This document shows positions 1 through 10,732 of a stretch of DNA of 64,000 bases, piece after piece. The DNA lies in NCBI GenBank assembly GCA_965228855.1, contig CBDDIJ010000003.1:2848001-2912000 (forward strand), read 5' to 3'. A model generated the notes under the pieces. The model was not told where the DNA came from and made no database searches. It worked only from the letters and a program-made list of their open reading frames with translations. This DNA is from Candidatus Obscuribacterales bacterium. Lineage in GTDB: Bacteria > Cyanobacteriota > Vampirovibrionia > Obscuribacterales > Obscuribacteraceae. Position 1 is the stretch's first letter. Each line of letters starts with the position of its first letter. The translations under genes and the position numbers were made by a program.

Positions 1-3000
1 GCAGATCTCATTGCTGCCGAGTCAAGTCTGAGAGTAATCGACAGAAGGATAGAAGAACTCGCGAGACAGGGTGAGGCACCACCTCTGGAGCTACTGCGCC
101 AGAGACAGCAGATGGAATCCTATAGAGAGCGCATGCTCCAACAGGTCGAAAGGAACCGACTAGACCGTCCGGACCATGCCTTCTTCTACGATAAACTTCA
201 ACAGTTTATAGAACAGACCTATGAGAGCCGCGATCAAGCTTCTCCGGCTCGCCGTGGAGATAGCGAGACTCTGCGAGAAGATGGTAAGCATAGGTTCCGA
301 GAAAGAGGAGCTGAAGAGCAAGTTCGTCCGATAGAGGGCGATCTTGAAGCAAGAGAAAGAGAAAAGCAGATTGTCGAAGATGACGATGATGGTGGCATTT
401 CTTCGAACTACTCGAGATTCGCGGCCGTAGATGTCGAGGGAAATCCTGCGACGATTATCGATAGAACCGATGATGGCAAATTCATCGTAAACCGTCCGAA
501 GCACGATGGAGACCCTTCACCTACCGGCTTCGAACCGCCTCGAGATCTATACTCAAATCTGCGCTACCGTGAGCTGAAAGTTGCGGAATTAGATGGAACC
601 CTGTCTAAAGCTCGCTACTTCCGTGACACTGCCAGTGGTGAGTTCTTCAAGGTGGAGCAAGTTTATGGAGAGCAATACCTCCGGTTTCCGGCAGATGAGA
701 TCGCAATAGTAGAAGCTAACAGTCTGCGACCGAGACTGGTTTCTGAATCAGTACGAATAAACACCAATCGCCTCAGAATGATTGAGGACATAGCAGACCA
801 GGTTCCATTTCTACCAGAATTACCAAGACCTCGAATCGAAGAGCTGAGCGCAAGATTGCAACAGCAGGAGTCAGAGGTCGTTCAGACAAGAGGTCTGAAG
901 CCTGAATTTTCGGGCTTCAGCTACGATGAAATGATCTCGGCATTCGAGAAATCTGGAATTACGAGCTATAGCGACTTCCTGAAAATGGGACTTTCCGATG
1001 AGGTCCCAGAAGCGATGAGCGTCTACACACTCAAGGGTCGCGAAGACTTGAAGATTTACGTATCTGAGTCTTTGAGTGCAGTACATGACAAAATTCGAGA
1101 GCTACGCGCAATCCAAGAGTCAGGCTCACCTGATGATAGCCTGAAAGCAAAATTCCTGCTCAAGCAACCGGAGTACAGGCGTCACGTTCTACCTGAAGAT
1201 CTCATCGCCGACTTCGCTACGTTGCCGGACGGAGGAGCCTCAATCAAGAAGCTTGTCATCTCCGGACAGCCCGACCCCGATAATGCCTGGTTGACCTACC
1301 AGCACAGAGACAAACAGGATCACTTCTTCGTGGCGCGAGCATCAGCCAACATCGACAGTGGAACGATCACGTTCTACGAAGGTTCCGGCGGCAGTCGCAA
1401 ACCGGTTGCCGATACATTGAGACATGAATGGGCCCACGTTCTCGAAGGCCAATCGCCCGAACAACGCAGAGCTCTGGACGCCGCTCTCCGGATAGAAGAG
1501 GAAAACGGCACTCCCTACAAGATGCGGGCGTATGCCAAGTACACCGAGAGTGAAGATTGGGCCGTGCATGTAGGCGAAGTAATGCTGGCCCAGGATTCCG
1601 ACCCATTCTTCGACATGGTCGCAAGCGCACATGGCACGGATTCGCGATACAAACTGCTGCTTATGGCGAATGCCATCGAAGAGTCTATGACTCAAGCCAA
1701 TCTCAAGGGCTTCGAGATGCACGGCGCAGAAGAGATGAAATCCAGACTCAAGTATCTGCGCGATCAGCTTGAACCGGGGGCGAAAGAGCGGCTCTTGGAG
1801 ATTCTTAAGGAGTCAAAGACTACACACATGTCGGCGAGCGATGCCGGCAATCTTCTGCGCGCACTCGCGAAAGAGGGTGATCTGGAAACATTGAAAGCGG
1901 CAGTCTTCGATGTAAAGACTGAAAATGGTCTGACCTCCATTTTCGACGCGATAACAGACATTACCGGGGAGAAAATACCGGAAGAAATACTCGGTCGGAT
2001 GATCGAGAATCGCAGTCCAGCGATGACGGGTGCTCTCCGAAGGATTCTTCTATCAGACGATTACCCACAACTCAAACCATCTGTGCTCGAAGAATTCTAT
2101 AACGGTGCAATACCGCGGGCGGTGGCAGAAGCGAATTCTCCTGGAGCGGACTACATTTTCCACAACTTCATCCTCGACCAGGAAAAACAAGGAAAGGGGA
2201 TAGAAGCGTTGAGAGCCGTGGCAAACGGTCTGGAAGGTCACCCTGAAATGCGTGGAGAGTTCCTTGCAGCCATCGTCTTCGATGAAACCGATGCCCTGGC
2301 AAAAGCAGCGCTGAATATACTCGAGGAATTGCCACCGCTTATTTCGTCCGAGCCACATGTAAGGATCACTCTGGAATCCGAATACCACGAATTCGCGAAA
2401 GACCCTGAAGCTCAAGCTCAGATGCGCAGAATTCTAGATAGAATCGAAGCACTACCCGAATTCAAATCGCGTCAGACCGAGGGAGACTCACCGACGAAAT
2501 CTTCGGATCTCGCAATGCGAGGAGACGATGACTCCGCGGAGCGGCTGCGCCCCGTCGAAGGCGACAAGGTAAAGTGGACACCGACCGAACGAGCACAAGA
2601 TACTGCTCGCTGGGCTAAACAATTCGTCGATAGATTCAATAGCGGAGACTATCAAGAGGCGTATCGGTATCTGCTCGACCATGATGCATATCCATCTACC
2701 ATTGAGGTCAGACTCAAAGACTTCCAGATAAAAGCATCCGAACTGCTTGCGGTATCTACGGACGGTCAATTCAGCGAATCGCTCAGGGATTTCATGCGTG
2801 AAAGTGGACAAGCCGCGAGCTTCAGACCTCAGGGATTCATCAGAGACCACAAAGCCTGGGACTGGGATACCTACTTCATCGATAACCCCAGGACGGTGGT
2901 TGAGCTGAGCAGTGGCACGAAGATTGACTTGATGCATCCTGACACTACTCTCGATGCCAAGCCGCTTACCAGTGAGGCGGACCGAATAGAAATCAGAACA

Positions 3001-5271
3001 ATTCTCGAAAGCCCTGCAGCGAAAGAGTTGATGGCGCGACACGCGGTCATTCTCGCCGAAGAAATGGCCCACGTCCGTCAGACTGACAACAATTTGTTCG
3101 TAGTGTCCGAGACCTATTCCCGGATGATGGAAGCCGCGTCAGACCCAGAAAACGCTCTGCGGCTCGAGGTCTTCGACATGCCGGTAAACCGAGATAACTG
3201 GGGCTACAGAGACTTTTTCTCCTTCGAAGAGGAGATTCCCGCCATCTTCGCTGATGCTGGCATGTCGATAGAGCACCTCCGCAAGTACTACAGCAATTAC
3301 GATCACAGAGGACCGCTGCTCGACTTTATCGAACAAACACAAAAATCACAAAGGGATGGTTCTGGTTCTAACGATCTCGCTATGAGGGGTGATCGACCGG
3401 AAGCAAATGATCCGACGAATCGCCGATCCAAACTGACCGAAGAAGATGCTTCCAGAATCAATGACGAAGTCGTATCTGCCCTGATATATGAGCGACAGGC
3501 TGTTGAACAAGACATGTGGGATGAGCTCTACAAAGCTCGCGGCAACAAGCTATCGCCCAAAATGGAGCGAGGAAGACAACAGGCTATAGAGCTATTAGGA
3601 CCTGTTGTGGAAGAGACCGCGAGGAAGTTGGGTCTGCCACCGGATTTGGTGACACCAGACATGCTGACTATATCGCTAAGGGATGATCATACCGGCACCT
3701 TCGGAACCGACGGAAAAATAGAAGTAAGCATCTTCGCCAATGATCCAGTTTTCGTGATCGAGCATGAACTCAGACATTTCAAAGAAGCTCTCGCGCGAAC
3801 TGCTCTGAAGGAATCGAACCCTGAGCTGTTCACGCAAATAATCCAGGAGCAAGTCATCGACGCAGTCGGCAACGGCGGTCGGCGAGCCATAGGAGAAGAC
3901 GCAAGACCCAGACCCCAGATCGCAGATCCAGAAGCGCGGCAGACGATGAAGGACCTGGTGCGCGCAGTCCTCTCTGACAACTCTCTAAAAGGAGCTCGAG
4001 ACATACAGCGGTGGCTTAAAGGCCGCGATATTCCCGACGCCCTGATCAAGGAATTAGGCTCGATGAGGACGATCGCGACAGAGTTGGAACTCGAGAAAAC
4101 TCACTTTAGCAGAGCTATGGAAGAAGCCACTCTTGAGATGGAATCAGACTCGCTCAGCGACAAAACCAGGGCATATATCGATAGACTGGCAGCAGAGACA
4201 CAACCACACTCTAAGGAGTACGCCAGACACCTTCTCAAAGGCGTAGCAGCAGACGCAGCGGGAATACTAAACGATACCGGACACTACAGAATGTCCAGAG
4301 AGGAGATTAGAGCCCGACGCTTCGAGATCTCACGAGACTTATCTCGGAAGCTGGATGAAACGATTGGAAACGATGATGCAGGGCTTTTAGCCGCACTCAA
4401 GTTAGAAGGTTTGCAAGAAAGATTGCTCGACCAGTTGGAAAGGGCGGATGCAGGAGGCGACAATGCACCTGAAGCGCAAGAGAGAGCGCGGGAGTTAGCT
4501 GTCGAACTGCTTGGTAGTCTTCCCGTAGATGTCGATGGTAAGCGTCTCAGCAAGGACGCGATCATAGAGATGCTTGACAAAGGGCGTCTCTCCGAAGCGG
4601 ATTTCGTTGGAGAGGTCCCACTGTCAGGAGTAGTCAGCGTTCCAACTACGAGCGTAGATACGCTCAAGTTCATTCTAGATAGAGGTCTCATAGACTTCAG
4701 CGAACTCGATGGTACTTTATTCGAAAGTATAACCCCGATGCTCAAGAAGGAGCGTCGAGAAATTATGCAGACCGAGCTGGAGCAGCGAAACTGGCGCACA
4801 AAAGTAGACGCATCTGCCGAGACGGAAGCGGCAATTCTCGACGGAAAAATAGACCCTGCCCTCACCGGCGGTGGCGTTCCGCAACCTGATGGCTCGACGA
4901 AATATGCACTAGCGCAGAGCGCAGAAATACTGATCGCTACAGATCAGGTGGCGACAGTCAAATCTGTTTCACTCAAGGATGGAGAGTGGCGGTTCGACAC
5001 TGAGACACCAGACGGTCGCAAATTGAGTGAGCCAGTAGCAGATGTTGCCTACCCATTCCAGCATATTCTCGAGCGGATCGGTCCCAGCGATCCCAAGGCA
5101 GTTGCAGACATCCTGGCATTTCATGCCGCTACCCTTGAAAAACTGAGCGAAAAGAACATTCCGGCACTCGGAATAGAATCCGATGGAACAGGCAAACTAC
5201 GATTCAGGGACCGCGCTTCGAGAGACTCAGCCGCAGAGACAGCGCCAGAACCAACACCTGCAAGAAGCTGA
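1..5271 (+). CDS. Giant multi-module protein with three zincin-like metallopeptidase motifs (polyvalent/effector-like); 5' end lies outside the window
   Basis: Frame is open from base 1 (no stop before ATG 112). Motifs HEWAH (1423-1437), EEMAH (3058-3072), HELRH (3763-3777); linker DLAMRGD at 2506-2526 and 3373-3393. Confidence 0.8.
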   Translation, partial: ADLIAAESSLRVIDRRIEELARQGEAPPLELLRQRQQMESYRERMLQQVERNRLDRPDHAFFYDKLQQFIEQTYESRDQASPARRGDSETLREDGKHRFRERGAEEQVRPIEGDLEAREREKQIVEDDDDGGISSNYSRFAAVDVEGNPATIIDRTDDGKFIVNRPKHDGDPSPTGFEPPRDLYSNLRYRELKVAELDGTLSKARYFRDTASGEFFKVEQVYGEQYLRFPADEIAIVEANSLRPRLVSESVRINTNRLRMIEDIADQVPFLPELPRPRIEELSARLQQQESEVVQTRGLKPEFSGFSYDEMISAFEKSGITSYSDFLKMGLSDEVPEAMSVYTLKGREDLKIYVSESLSAVHDKIRELRAIQESGSPDDSLKAKFLLKQPEYRRHVLPEDLIADFATLPDGGASIKKLVISGQPDPDNAWLTYQHRDKQDHFFVARASANIDSGTITFYEGSGGSRKPVADTLRHEWAHVLEGQSPEQRRALDAALRIEEENGTPYKMRAYAKYTESEDWAVHVGEVMLAQDSDPFFDMVASAHGTDSRYKLLLMANAIEESMTQANLKGFEMHGAEEMKSRLKYLRDQLEPGAKERLLEILKESKTTHMSASDAGNLLRALAKEGDLETLKAAVFDVKTENGLTSIFDAITDITGEKIPEEILGRMIENRSPAMTGALRRILLSDDYPQLKPSVLEEFYNGAIPRAVAEANSPGADYIFHNFILDQEKQGKGIEALRAVANGLEGHPEMRGEFLAAIVFDETDALAKAALNILEELPPLISSEPHVRITLESEYHEFAKDPEAQAQMRRILDRIEALPEFKSRQTEGDSPTKSSDLAMRGDDDSAERLRPVEGDKVKWTPTERAQDTARWAKQFVDRFNSGDYQEAYRYLLDHDAYPSTIEVRLKDFQIKASELLAVSTDGQFSESLRDFMRESGQAASFRPQGFIRDHKAWDWDTYFIDNPRTVVELSSGTKIDLMHPDTTLDAKPLTSEADRIEIRTILESPAAKELMARHAVILAEEMAHVRQTDNNLFVVSETYSRMMEAASDPENALRLEVFDMPVNRDNWGYRDFFSFEEEIPAIFADAGMSIEHLRKYYSNYDHRGPLLDFIEQTQKSQRDGSGSNDLAMRGDRPEANDPTNRRSKLTEEDASRINDEVVSALIYERQAVEQDMWDELYKARGNKLSPKMERGRQQAIELLGPVVEETARKLGLPPDLVTPDMLTISLRDDHTGTFGTDGKIEVSIFANDPVFVIEHELRHFKEALARTALKESNPELFTQIIQEQVIDAVGNGGRRAIGEDARPRPQIADPEARQTMKDLVRAVLSDNSLKGARDIQRWLKGRDIPDALIKELGSMRTIATELELEKTHFSRAMEEATLEMESDSLSDKTRAYIDRLAAETQPHSKEYARHLLKGVAADAAGILNDTGHYRMSREEIRARRFEISRDLSRKLDETIGNDDAGLLAALKLEGLQERLLDQLERADAGGDNAPEAQERARELAVELLGSLPVDVDGKRLSKDAIIEMLDKGRLSEADFVGEVPLSGVVSVPTTSVDTLKFILDRGLIDFSELDGTLFESITPMLKKERREIMQTELEQRNWRTKVDASAETEAAILDGKIDPALTGGGVPQPDGSTKYALAQSAEILIATDQVATVKSVSLKDGEWRFDTETPDGRKLSEPVADVAYPFQHILERIGPSDPKAVADILAFHAATLEKLSEKNIPALGIESDGTGKLRFRDRASRDSAAETAPEPTPARS

Positions 5272-5560
5272 GACGTGGCATAGAAAGGGAATGCACAGTG
5301 GTATGGGTTGACACGCCTTTCAGATACAACCAGGGAAGCAGATCTTCAATGCTTTTTGTTCGTCTCAAATATGGCGGACGTTTAGTCGAAGTGAACCGCA
5401 CCTTTGCTCCACTCGTCCGTCTATCTGCCACTCTTGGTGCTTTAACCGTGATGTCGCCAATTCCAGTTTGTATAGTTCGCTCATGCGATTGCCTTGTACG
5501 CGGACGGTTAGCGCCGAGCTGCGCATCGAGGGCGCCTACGCGACGAACACATCGAAATAA

Positions 5561-6733
5561 TTATTTCAGGTCGTCGCTCAGAGCCAATCGCACGCCGCGC
5601 TTCTCAAGCGCCATTTTGAGTGCCGGCAAACAGTTGCGCGCCGCCTGTTTTCCAGCTTCCAGTGCTTTGATGGAATCGGAAGGTTTTGTCGATAACAAAC
5701 CAATTCCTTCCACTTTTGGATGAATAACCATGTCGGCGTCACGCATCGCGGCATGGTCCTTATTAGCCAGCTCCAGCGTTATGATGCGGCTAGCGACACT
5801 TCCGACTTTCAAAAACTCTTCGATCGGTTGTTCGGTAAATCGTTCGTCGATATTAACTGCGATAATAAAATTGGCACCAAGGATGGTGCGCGCTTCTTTC
5901 ACCGGCAGATTGCAAATGACACCACCGTCGACGAACAAAGCATCGTCCATTCGTACAGGACGTTTCAAAACTGGTACAGCGGAACTGGCTTGCATAGCCA
6001 AAGCCAAGTCGCCCTTTGTGAACGCGTAAGGACTTCCGTTCACCAGGTTTAGTGCCACCGCGCAATACGGAATTTGCAAGTCTTCAATGTTTCTACGATC
6101 TTCGGGTAGCTGTTTGGTGATAAAGCGCTTGAATCTGGTGCTTTTCTCGAGTCCATCAAACCGTTTTATTCCGAGTGCTCTTGGGACAAATTTTACTGGG
6201 GCGATTGCCACCTTGATGGGGATCGGAAGACCGACGAAAGCTTTCAGTACTTTATTTTTTCGCATTATGTCTTCGAGTGTATCGAGTGGCACGCCTGATG
6301 CATATAGCCCGCCCACAATCGAGCCGATACTGGTTCCCGCAATGCAGTCAATCGGGATGCCCGCTTCAGTCAGGACTCGGATGACGCCCACATGAGCTGC
6401 GCCTCTGGTTCCGCCTCCTCCCAAAACTAACCCAACACGCGGCGTGCTCGGTCTGCTGCGCCTTTCGAGGGAAGCCTGATCGAGGAAATCCCCTAAACTG
6501 TCCTTATAGATTTGTCCGGGCAAGCTGATTCCCCCAGGCATCACGAGAGAAACGTCTGTCTCCGCAGCGCATGCATCAGCACTAGCGGCGAAAGCGTACG
6601 CCAACAGTAAAGTCAAAGCTGAGTGTCGCTTCGAGAACAGTTTGTGATTAATTTGCAATTTAAGCGCCTGGAAGGGTTGCCGTGTTCGTCGAAGCAGTTG
6701 AGACTCCGACTCCTTCAGGGTAGCAGATGTCAA
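5561..6733 (-). CDS. Patatin-like phospholipase (RssA/NTE family)
   Basis: GGGGTRG oxyanion loop, GTSIG nucleophile, DGG catalytic Asp; the true start may be downstream of 6733. Confidence 0.92.
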   Translation of the reverse strand: MTSATLKESESQLLRRTRQPFQALKLQINHKLFSKRHSALTLLLAYAFAASADACAAETDVSLVMPGGISLPGQIYKDSLGDFLDQASLERRSRPSTPRVGLVLGGGGTRGAAHVGVIRVLTEAGIPIDCIAGTSIGSIVGGLYASGVPLDTLEDIMRKNKVLKAFVGLPIPIKVAIAPVKFVPRALGIKRFDGLEKSTRFKRFITKQLPEDRRNIEDLQIPYCAVALNLVNGSPYAFTKGDLALAMQASSAVPVLKRPVRMDDALFVDGGVICNLPVKEARTILGANFIIAVNIDERFTEQPIEEFLKVGSVASRIITLELANKDHAAMRDADMVIHPKVEGIGLLSTKPSDSIKALEAGKQAARNCLPALKMALEKRGVRLALSDDLK

Positions 6734-6780
6734 CGACTATTGAAGTTAACTAAGTCCACAAGTCTTAGTGATCGTGTCTC

Positions 6781-7030
6781 TTAGTCCAATTCCAGCTCTT
6801 TTGATTCAGTGAGATTTTTTATTGAGCACATCCCGATTGCGTGCACCAGGTCGACTTGTGAAATGTTGTATTGCATAGTGGCATTAGCAAGACTATTTGT
6901 GATTGGGTGAGGTCTCTTTGAGCGATTAGAACATCCAGATGAGTGCCTAGCCCAAAATCAAAACGTTTTCTGGCCGACCGCAGTTCTTCCACGGCTGAGT
7001 CCACTTGTGACAAAGCTTTCTGCAAGCGGC
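6781..7030 (-). pseudogene. Frameshifted C-terminal remnant of a TolC-family outer membrane efflux protein
   Basis: AVEELRSARKRFDFGLGTHLDVLIAQRDLTQSQ continues in another frame near 6895 as SLANATMQYNISQVDLVHAIG...* (stop 6781), resembling the TolC C-terminal repeat; no N-terminal part. Confidence 0.7.
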
Positions 7031-7146
7031 GCAAGTCTTTCTTGAGTAGTCTTGAGCTAAATGAAGATAGGAGTTTTACGTAGTCAAGCAGAGCGCCAAA
7101 GGCCTTGCCCTGACTGGCTTTACGGACCAAAGAATGGTGCTCAAAA

Positions 7147-7155
7147 TGGTATAAT
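7147..7155 (+). promoter_or_regulatory. Extended -10 promoter element (TGnTATAAT)
   Basis: TGGTATAAT about 70 bp upstream of ATG 7225, which has an RBS-like GAGGAG. Confidence 0.45.
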
Positions 7156-7224
7156 TAGAGTGTAAGTTTCACTTGGCGAACAGGATTTGTTTCTCGCACC
7201 AACGTGCAGAGGAGAGTTTTTCGC

Positions 7225-7875
7225 ATGGCAAAAACCACGCTGGAATCGGGTTCTTTTAATATAGACTCAATTAGTTTTGACCTGACGAATTACGTTCAGA
7301 AGATCAAACAAAATGACAAATACGGTTGGCTAGATGAAGAGAGAGGGGTAGCAAATCTTCTCAGATTCAATTCAGAACCGGCGTCATGGACGTTCAAAGT
7401 AGATGAGCTTGACAAGGCGTCGCAGTTTTACGGCGAGCAATGCAGTACCGCCGGTGGTGCCATGCTGGTACTGAAGAACATAGAGGTCGACGGGCGGGAA
7501 GGGCTTTATGGGATTTTCAAATATCGCGCCACGCCTGGGCAAATGCCCCTGATGTACGTTGGAATAATCTGGATTCCGTTTGACAACTGCATTTATCAAA
7601 TCAATGTTGAATCGCTGGAACAGGGGACCACAGGAACGCGCGAAGCCGCCATCATGCTGAAATTGGGCGACGATTGGCCGATGAGCGACGAACCAGCCGT
7701 CGTGGTCCAAACTGCTGAGGAATTGTTCTCACGGATGAGAAACGCCAAATTAAGAGTGCTGCCGTCGGATCGTGAGGAATACGATGAGCTGTTTCCTGAA
7801 CATCCGCTGACTAAGGTGAGAGCGCGTCTGCAAAAGATTCTTGACACAGTTAAGTTTGAAGCACCCAATAACTAG
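7225..7875 (+). CDS. Hypothetical protein
   Basis: Long ORF, RBS GAGGAG before ATG 7225; conserved-looking segments GTTGTREA and YDELFPEHPL. Confidence 0.75.
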   Translation: MAKTTLESGSFNIDSISFDLTNYVQKIKQNDKYGWLDEERGVANLLRFNSEPASWTFKVDELDKASQFYGEQCSTAGGAMLVLKNIEVDGREGLYGIFKYRATPGQMPLMYVGIIWIPFDNCIYQINVESLEQGTTGTREAAIMLKLGDDWPMSDEPAVVVQTAEELFSRMRNAKLRVLPSDREEYDELFPEHPLTKVRARLQKILDTVKFEAPNN

Positions 7876-8051
7876 CCGGTATCATTGGCGGTGCCAAGAA
7901 CATGAGCGCTTTTAATTAGTTGGAATCAATGGTCTGTTAGCCATCCGCGCGCAACCCGGGCTGAAATCCTGGCTGAAGTAGCAAGAATCGATAGTGAAAC
8001 GGACACTGGTTCGATCCATACTTGTATTAACCCTTAGCTTTTGGTGATTCT

Positions 8052-8486
8052 ATGTTCTACGCTCTTCAACCGGTAGTTCCAGGAATGTTAGGAGAATGCA
8101 CTGGCGATCTCCAGGCACGCCCACCAAGAGTCGAAAAACTGCATTACATCTTTCTCTACGGCTATCTCGACGACATCATCCAGGACGTTGGTATTTTCCT
8201 AGCTACTGATGCCTTCCAAAACGCTGTCAATTCGCTGAATCCAAGCGGCGCAACATTCACCCTCGAGAATTTGATCGTCGAAACTGACCACTATCAATTC
8301 GACGAACTCTGGCCAGAACTTGTGCCACGAATCAAAGAATATTCTTGGCTTAAACCATCGGGTGTGCCAGGCGTAGACGATTTCGGCATTACTGAAGACT
8401 GTGTGCTCGTGATATCGGCACGTGTAAAAAAAGCAATTGAGGAACTGGATCTGAGCAGATGCCAGATTGAGTTATACAGTTCCTGA
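8052..8486 (+). CDS. Hypothetical acidic protein, possibly an orphan immunity protein of a polymorphic toxin
   Basis: 144-aa ORF; N-terminus FYALQPVVPGMLGE..PPRVEKLHYIF..DDI resembles small proteins recalled next to toxin genes (unverified). Confidence 0.55.
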   Translation: MFYALQPVVPGMLGECTGDLQARPPRVEKLHYIFLYGYLDDIIQDVGIFLATDAFQNAVNSLNPSGATFTLENLIVETDHYQFDELWPELVPRIKEYSWLKPSGVPGVDDFGITEDCVLVISARVKKAIEELDLSRCQIELYSS

Positions 8487-8806
8487 ATTCCGAGTAGCAA
8501 TTGGCTGTAAATCTGTTTCCAAAATATCAGACAAACTCCAAGCCTCTCTGGTCACGATAGGTTCAAAAGACTCTCTTGATGAAGGCTTTGAGCGACATCA
8601 AATACAGAAGTCTTGATGAAATTCGATAACGAGGCGTCGAGCAAACGGTAAGTAGTCCGTTCACACGACGCCAAATATAGATCCGATGCAAAGCAGATAT
8701 CTGCACATAAACCGACTATAATTCCTACATTGTTCAAACAAAACGGTTGCGGGCATTGCATCGCAGACGCGGAGCAGCATTACCGCCTTCCAGGGAGAAT
8801 TAAAAA

Positions 8807-9712
8807 GTGCCTCAAAATCAAAAGTCGCCAACCAAAGTTTTTTATCGCACAGTCAAGATTGAAAAACTGGATATCTTCTACCGCGAAGCTGGCGATAAAA
8901 ATTCGCCGACGATAGTTTTGCTGCACGGTTTTCCAACAGACTCGCATATGTTCAGAAATTTGATTCCGATGCTCGCGCAGAAGTTTCACGTAGTCGCGCC
9001 TGATTATCCCGGTTTCGGACAGAGTTCAATGCCGTCCGTCAAGGAGTTCGAATACAGTTTCGACAATCTCGCGAACATCATGGACAAGTTCACAGAGGCA
9101 TTGAAACTCTCGAAGTTCTCGATGTATGTAATGGATTACGGCGCGCCAATTGGTTATCGCATTGCGGCTAAACACCCCGAGCGCATTCAGGCGATTGTTG
9201 TTCAAAACGGTAACGCATACGACGAAGGCATCGACAACGATTTCTGGAAGCCTATAAAAGAATACTGGAAAGACAAATCCGCAGCTAACGCAAATCCACT
9301 AGTTCCCCTAGTCGCACTCGAAGCCACAAAGTGGCAATATCAAACCGGCGCACAAAACCTGGAAGCCATCAGCCCGGACGGGTGGATTCACGATCAGGCA
9401 GGCCTGGATAGACCCGGCAACGCTGAAATTCAACTCGAACTTTTGTACAGCTACGGGTCCAATCCGGTGCACTACCCGCGGTGGCAGGAATATTTCCGAA
9501 CCCATCAACCACCAATGCTAATCGTTTGGGGCAAGAACGACCAAATTTTTCCTGCCGCTGGAGCTGAGCCTTACAAGCGCGATTTGAAGAATCTGGAGTT
9601 CCATTTATTTGAAACCGGTCACTTTGCCCTCGAAGAGTTTGGTCAAGAGATTGGCGAACTAATCAGCGAGTTCTTGAGCAAGGTTGTACCAGCACCCGTG
9701 AAAGTCTCTTAG
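8807..9712 (+). CDS. Alpha/beta hydrolase (epoxide hydrolase/haloalkane dehalogenase-like)
   Basis: [16 protein letters not shown], nucleophile elbow [14 protein letters not shown], catalytic GHFALEE. Confidence 0.93.
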   Translation: MPQNQKSPTKVFYRTVKIEKLDIFYREAGDKNSPTIVLLHGFPTDSHMFRNLIPMLAQKFHVVAPDYPGFGQSSMPSVKEFEYSFDNLANIMDKFTEALKLSKFSMYVMDYGAPIGYRIAAKHPERIQAIVVQNGNAYDEGIDNDFWKPIKEYWKDKSAANANPLVPLVALEATKWQYQTGAQNLEAISPDGWIHDQAGLDRPGNAEIQLELLYSYGSNPVHYPRWQEYFRTHQPPMLIVWGKNDQIFPAAGAEPYKRDLKNLEFHLFETGHFALEEFGQEIGELISEFLSKVVPAPVKVS

Positions 9713-9743
9713 GCGTCGACACAAGGTCCAGAAGCCAAACGTA

Positions 9744-9774
9744 TGTCCCTAGCCGTTTGAAACGGTTAGGGACA
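9744..9774. terminator. Hairpin between convergent genes, likely bidirectional terminator
   Basis: TGTCCCTAGCCGTT-TGA-AACGGTTAGGGACA: 14-bp stem with one G-T pair; no clear U-tract. Confidence 0.6.
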
Positions 9775-9808
9775 GTGTGTAGACAAATCGAGGACAATGC
9801 CCCGACAC

Positions 9809-10567
9809 CTAGTGCCAGGAACCGAACTCGACTAATGATGTTCCAAACGCATTTTCCAGATCGAGTAGGAAGTCTCGGCTCTGCATTCGACCGCTCCACA
9901 CGACGGTTTTCGGATGACACTTACCGAAGTCGATGAACAATGCGGCTTTCCAAACCGAGATGTCTGGTGCCTGATTGTCCCGACTTGGTTTAACTCTTTT
10001 AGTGGCCGGCTTAATTGTGCCACCACAGTCGCAGACCGAGGGGCAGATGTTACCATGCTCGATCATGGCAGGCATCCATGGATCATCTATTTCCTCTGCA
10101 GTTTCGCCACAGTCAGCGCACTGAAACTGTTCTGTCTCATCAATTTCGAACATTTCATATGGATCGTCGAAGATTTTGAAATTCGGTCCGAGCTGCAGGT
10201 GAACCCACTGAATCTCCGGGGTCTTCTCCACGCCGTTGTATTCGAAATCGCGACCGCCAATTTGCTGTACAGATTTCGAGTCCTCGGCGGGCTTCCAATC
10301 GATGCGACGCTCCTGTTCAAAAAGTGGTGGCACGCCTTTGCGAAGCAATTGATTTTTTTCTTTCCACTTTCCAACGTCTCCGTTTTTATCCAGATTACAC
10401 AATCGCTTCGTGCCGGTTCTCTTTTCGACGCAATCTTGCACGATGCCCCATTTAGCTAATACCTCGGAAACTCTCTTTTCGATAGTTTCAAACTCTTTCT
10501 CTGTTTTGGGAAGCCAATTCAAATCAGCTACTGCAAAGCCATGTCTATATTCAACGCCCATGTTCAT
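9809..10567 (-). CDS. Hypothetical protein with zinc-ribbon-like Cys motifs
   Basis: 252-aa ORF, RBS AGGAGAG; CADCG and CPSVCDCG. Confidence 0.7.
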   Translation of the reverse strand: MNMGVEYRHGFAVADLNWLPKTEKEFETIEKRVSEVLAKWGIVQDCVEKRTGTKRLCNLDKNGDVGKWKEKNQLLRKGVPPLFEQERRIDWKPAEDSKSVQQIGGRDFEYNGVEKTPEIQWVHLQLGPNFKIFDDPYEMFEIDETEQFQCADCGETAEEIDDPWMPAMIEHGNICPSVCDCGGTIKPATKRVKPSRDNQAPDISVWKAALFIDFGKCHPKTVVWSGRMQSRDFLLDLENAFGTSLVEFGSWH

Positions 10568-10732
10568 GCTCTCCTGACCTCTACACCGGTACGATGATAC
10601 ATCGGCAGATGTTACGAAGTTGTTTATTGGTTGCGCACGGAGTGGGGTTCCTACGATCGCCAGAACAAGTCCGTAAAAGGTGTAAAGATGCTAGGTAATT
10701 GAAATCTGCTTAGCCGGTGTTATGATCGGCAC

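Noticed and set aside
250..3393. RGD triplets as integrin-binding motifs
   Set aside because: RGD is short and common, and here is part of a longer linker motif; there is no evidence of an animal host.
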